From contig NC_091977.1 in the NCBI RefSeq assembly GCF_044704955.1, positions 223,014,001 through 223,078,000 of the forward strand: a DNA stretch of 64,000 nucleotides, in the 5' to 3' direction. Positions 62,693 to 64,000 of this stretch are shown here, piece by piece. Under the pieces are notes generated by a model. The model saw only the letters and a program-made list of their open reading frames with translations, made no database searches and was not told the DNA's origin. A program made the position numbers and the translations under genes. Each line of letters begins with the position of its first letter. The first letter of the stretch is position 1. Source of the stretch: Pristiophorus japonicus (Eukaryota).

Positions 62693-63416
62693 CCGAGATT
62701 AATAAACAATCTCCGAGTAAAGGATCCCCTTGGTTTGAGTGATCATAGCATGATTGAATTTCAAATTCAGATGGAGAGTGAGAAAATTGGATCTCTAACC
62801 AGAGTACTAAGCTTAAATAAAGGAAACTATGAAGGTATGAGGGCTGAGTTGGCTAAAGTAGACTTGGAAAATAGATTAAAGTGTAGGATGGTTGATGAAC
62901 AGTGGTGTACATTTAAGGAGATATTTCACAACTCTCAAGAAAAATATATTCTAGTGAGGAGGAAAGGATGTAAAAGAAAATATAGCCATCCGTGGCTAAC
63001 GAAAGAAATAAAGGACGGTATCCAATTAAAAACAAGGGCATACAAAGTGACCAAAACTATTGGGAGGACAGAAGACTGGGAAGCTTTTAAAAACCAGCAA
63101 AGAATGACTAAAAAAAATGATTAAGAAAGGGAAGATAGACTATGAAAGTAAACTAGCACAAAATATAAAAAAAAGATAGCAAGTGTTTCTATAGGTATAT
63201 AAAAAGGAAAAGAGTGGCTAAAGTAAATGTTGGTCCCTTACAGGACGAGACCGGGGAATTAGTAATGGGGAACATGGAGATGGCAGAAACTCTGCACAAA
63301 TATTTTGTATCAGTCTTTACGGTAGAGGACACTAACAATATCCCAACAGTGGATAGTCAAGGGGCTATAGGGGAGGAGGAACTTAACACAATCACAATCA
63401 CTAAAGAGTTAGTATT
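62693..63416 (+). mobile_element. CR1 ORF2 fragment (end of EN and linker), cut by an LTR element
   Basis: DPLGLSDHSMIEF, HPWLTKEIK, MAETLHKYFVSVFT. Confidence 0.88.
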
Positions 63417-64000
63417 TGTTATGTATGCAATAAAATTTCAAACTGAGTACTGTTTAGCTAAGCAATGTACAACCTTGGCTCTCTTTATTTAAGCCCAAAG
63501 TGCCTGACTCTCAAAATGGCTGGCCTTTTATACCTGAGCAGCACCATGTGTGTGTGCTGCTCAGTGGCCTCCAACAATGATGCCATCTGGTGGCTACAAA
63601 CTGAATGTACATACATGACAATACCCCTCTCTGAGATCTTATCACACTCTTTCACAGGTTGAGACGGTCTGATGCTTTGCACTCCCGGGTTGACCGTCTC
63701 AGTTCGATTCCAGCCTTGGGTGAGTGTGCGGGGTCTGTTGTGGCTGATGGCTGGATGACTGACTTGTTGGGGGTGGCAGTGGCCATGTCAGATATTGCAA
63801 GTCCATTTTTATTGAACAGGTCCGTGATGGAAATTCCGGGTTCACTGATGACCCTTGAGTCCTCTGAAGACTGCTGGTAGGTTGGTTGGTCGTTGATGGT
63901 TTCTTTGTCCGACCGTTCTGGCTCATCTGTGTGCCTCAGCTTTGTTTAATCCATGTGTTTCGTGCAAGTTTGCCCATTCTTAAGCTTAATAACAAATACA
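63417..64000 (-). mobile_element. 3' end of a third Gypsy element (3' LTR 63417-63620, PPT, integrase tail)
   Basis: TG...CA LTR with minus-strand TATA and AATAAA; PPT agagaggggtat; KLKNGQTCTKHMD peptide matches the other two integrase tails. Confidence 0.85.

Overview
Eukaryotic, transposon-saturated intronic or intergenic DNA, most likely from a cartilaginous fish (shark-type CR1 LINEs with (ATAGAAAC)n/(TTCTATGA)n tails, Deu-domain SINEs and Penelope-type ends). No intact host gene, RNA gene or CRISPR array is evident, and nearly all long ORFs are transposon pseudogenes. Main content: many CR1 LINE copies (two near full length, with zinc-finger/SGNH-esterase ORF1 and endonuclease-RT ORF2), two complete two-LTR Gypsy (Mag-like) proviruses and the end of a third, a ~5 kb PIF/Harbinger transposon with two convergent genes, a 1.24 kb solo LTR, a TA-flanked Tc1/pogo-type MITE, L2 3' ends, about ten DeuSINE pieces and two inverted pairs of Penelope-like ends with hammerhead-ribozyme-like cores. 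The least explained signals are: (i) a ~2.5 kb three-segment foldback in non-TE-looking DNA (4170-6692); (ii) a ~300-codon decayed reading frame of unknown origin (24232-25146); (iii) a 364 bp hairpin in the Harbinger whose mismatches are mostly G-U-compatible on the transposase strand; and (iv) a 15-residue repeat array in the second Harbinger protein. All coordinates and identities were read by eye; boundaries of old fragments are approximate.
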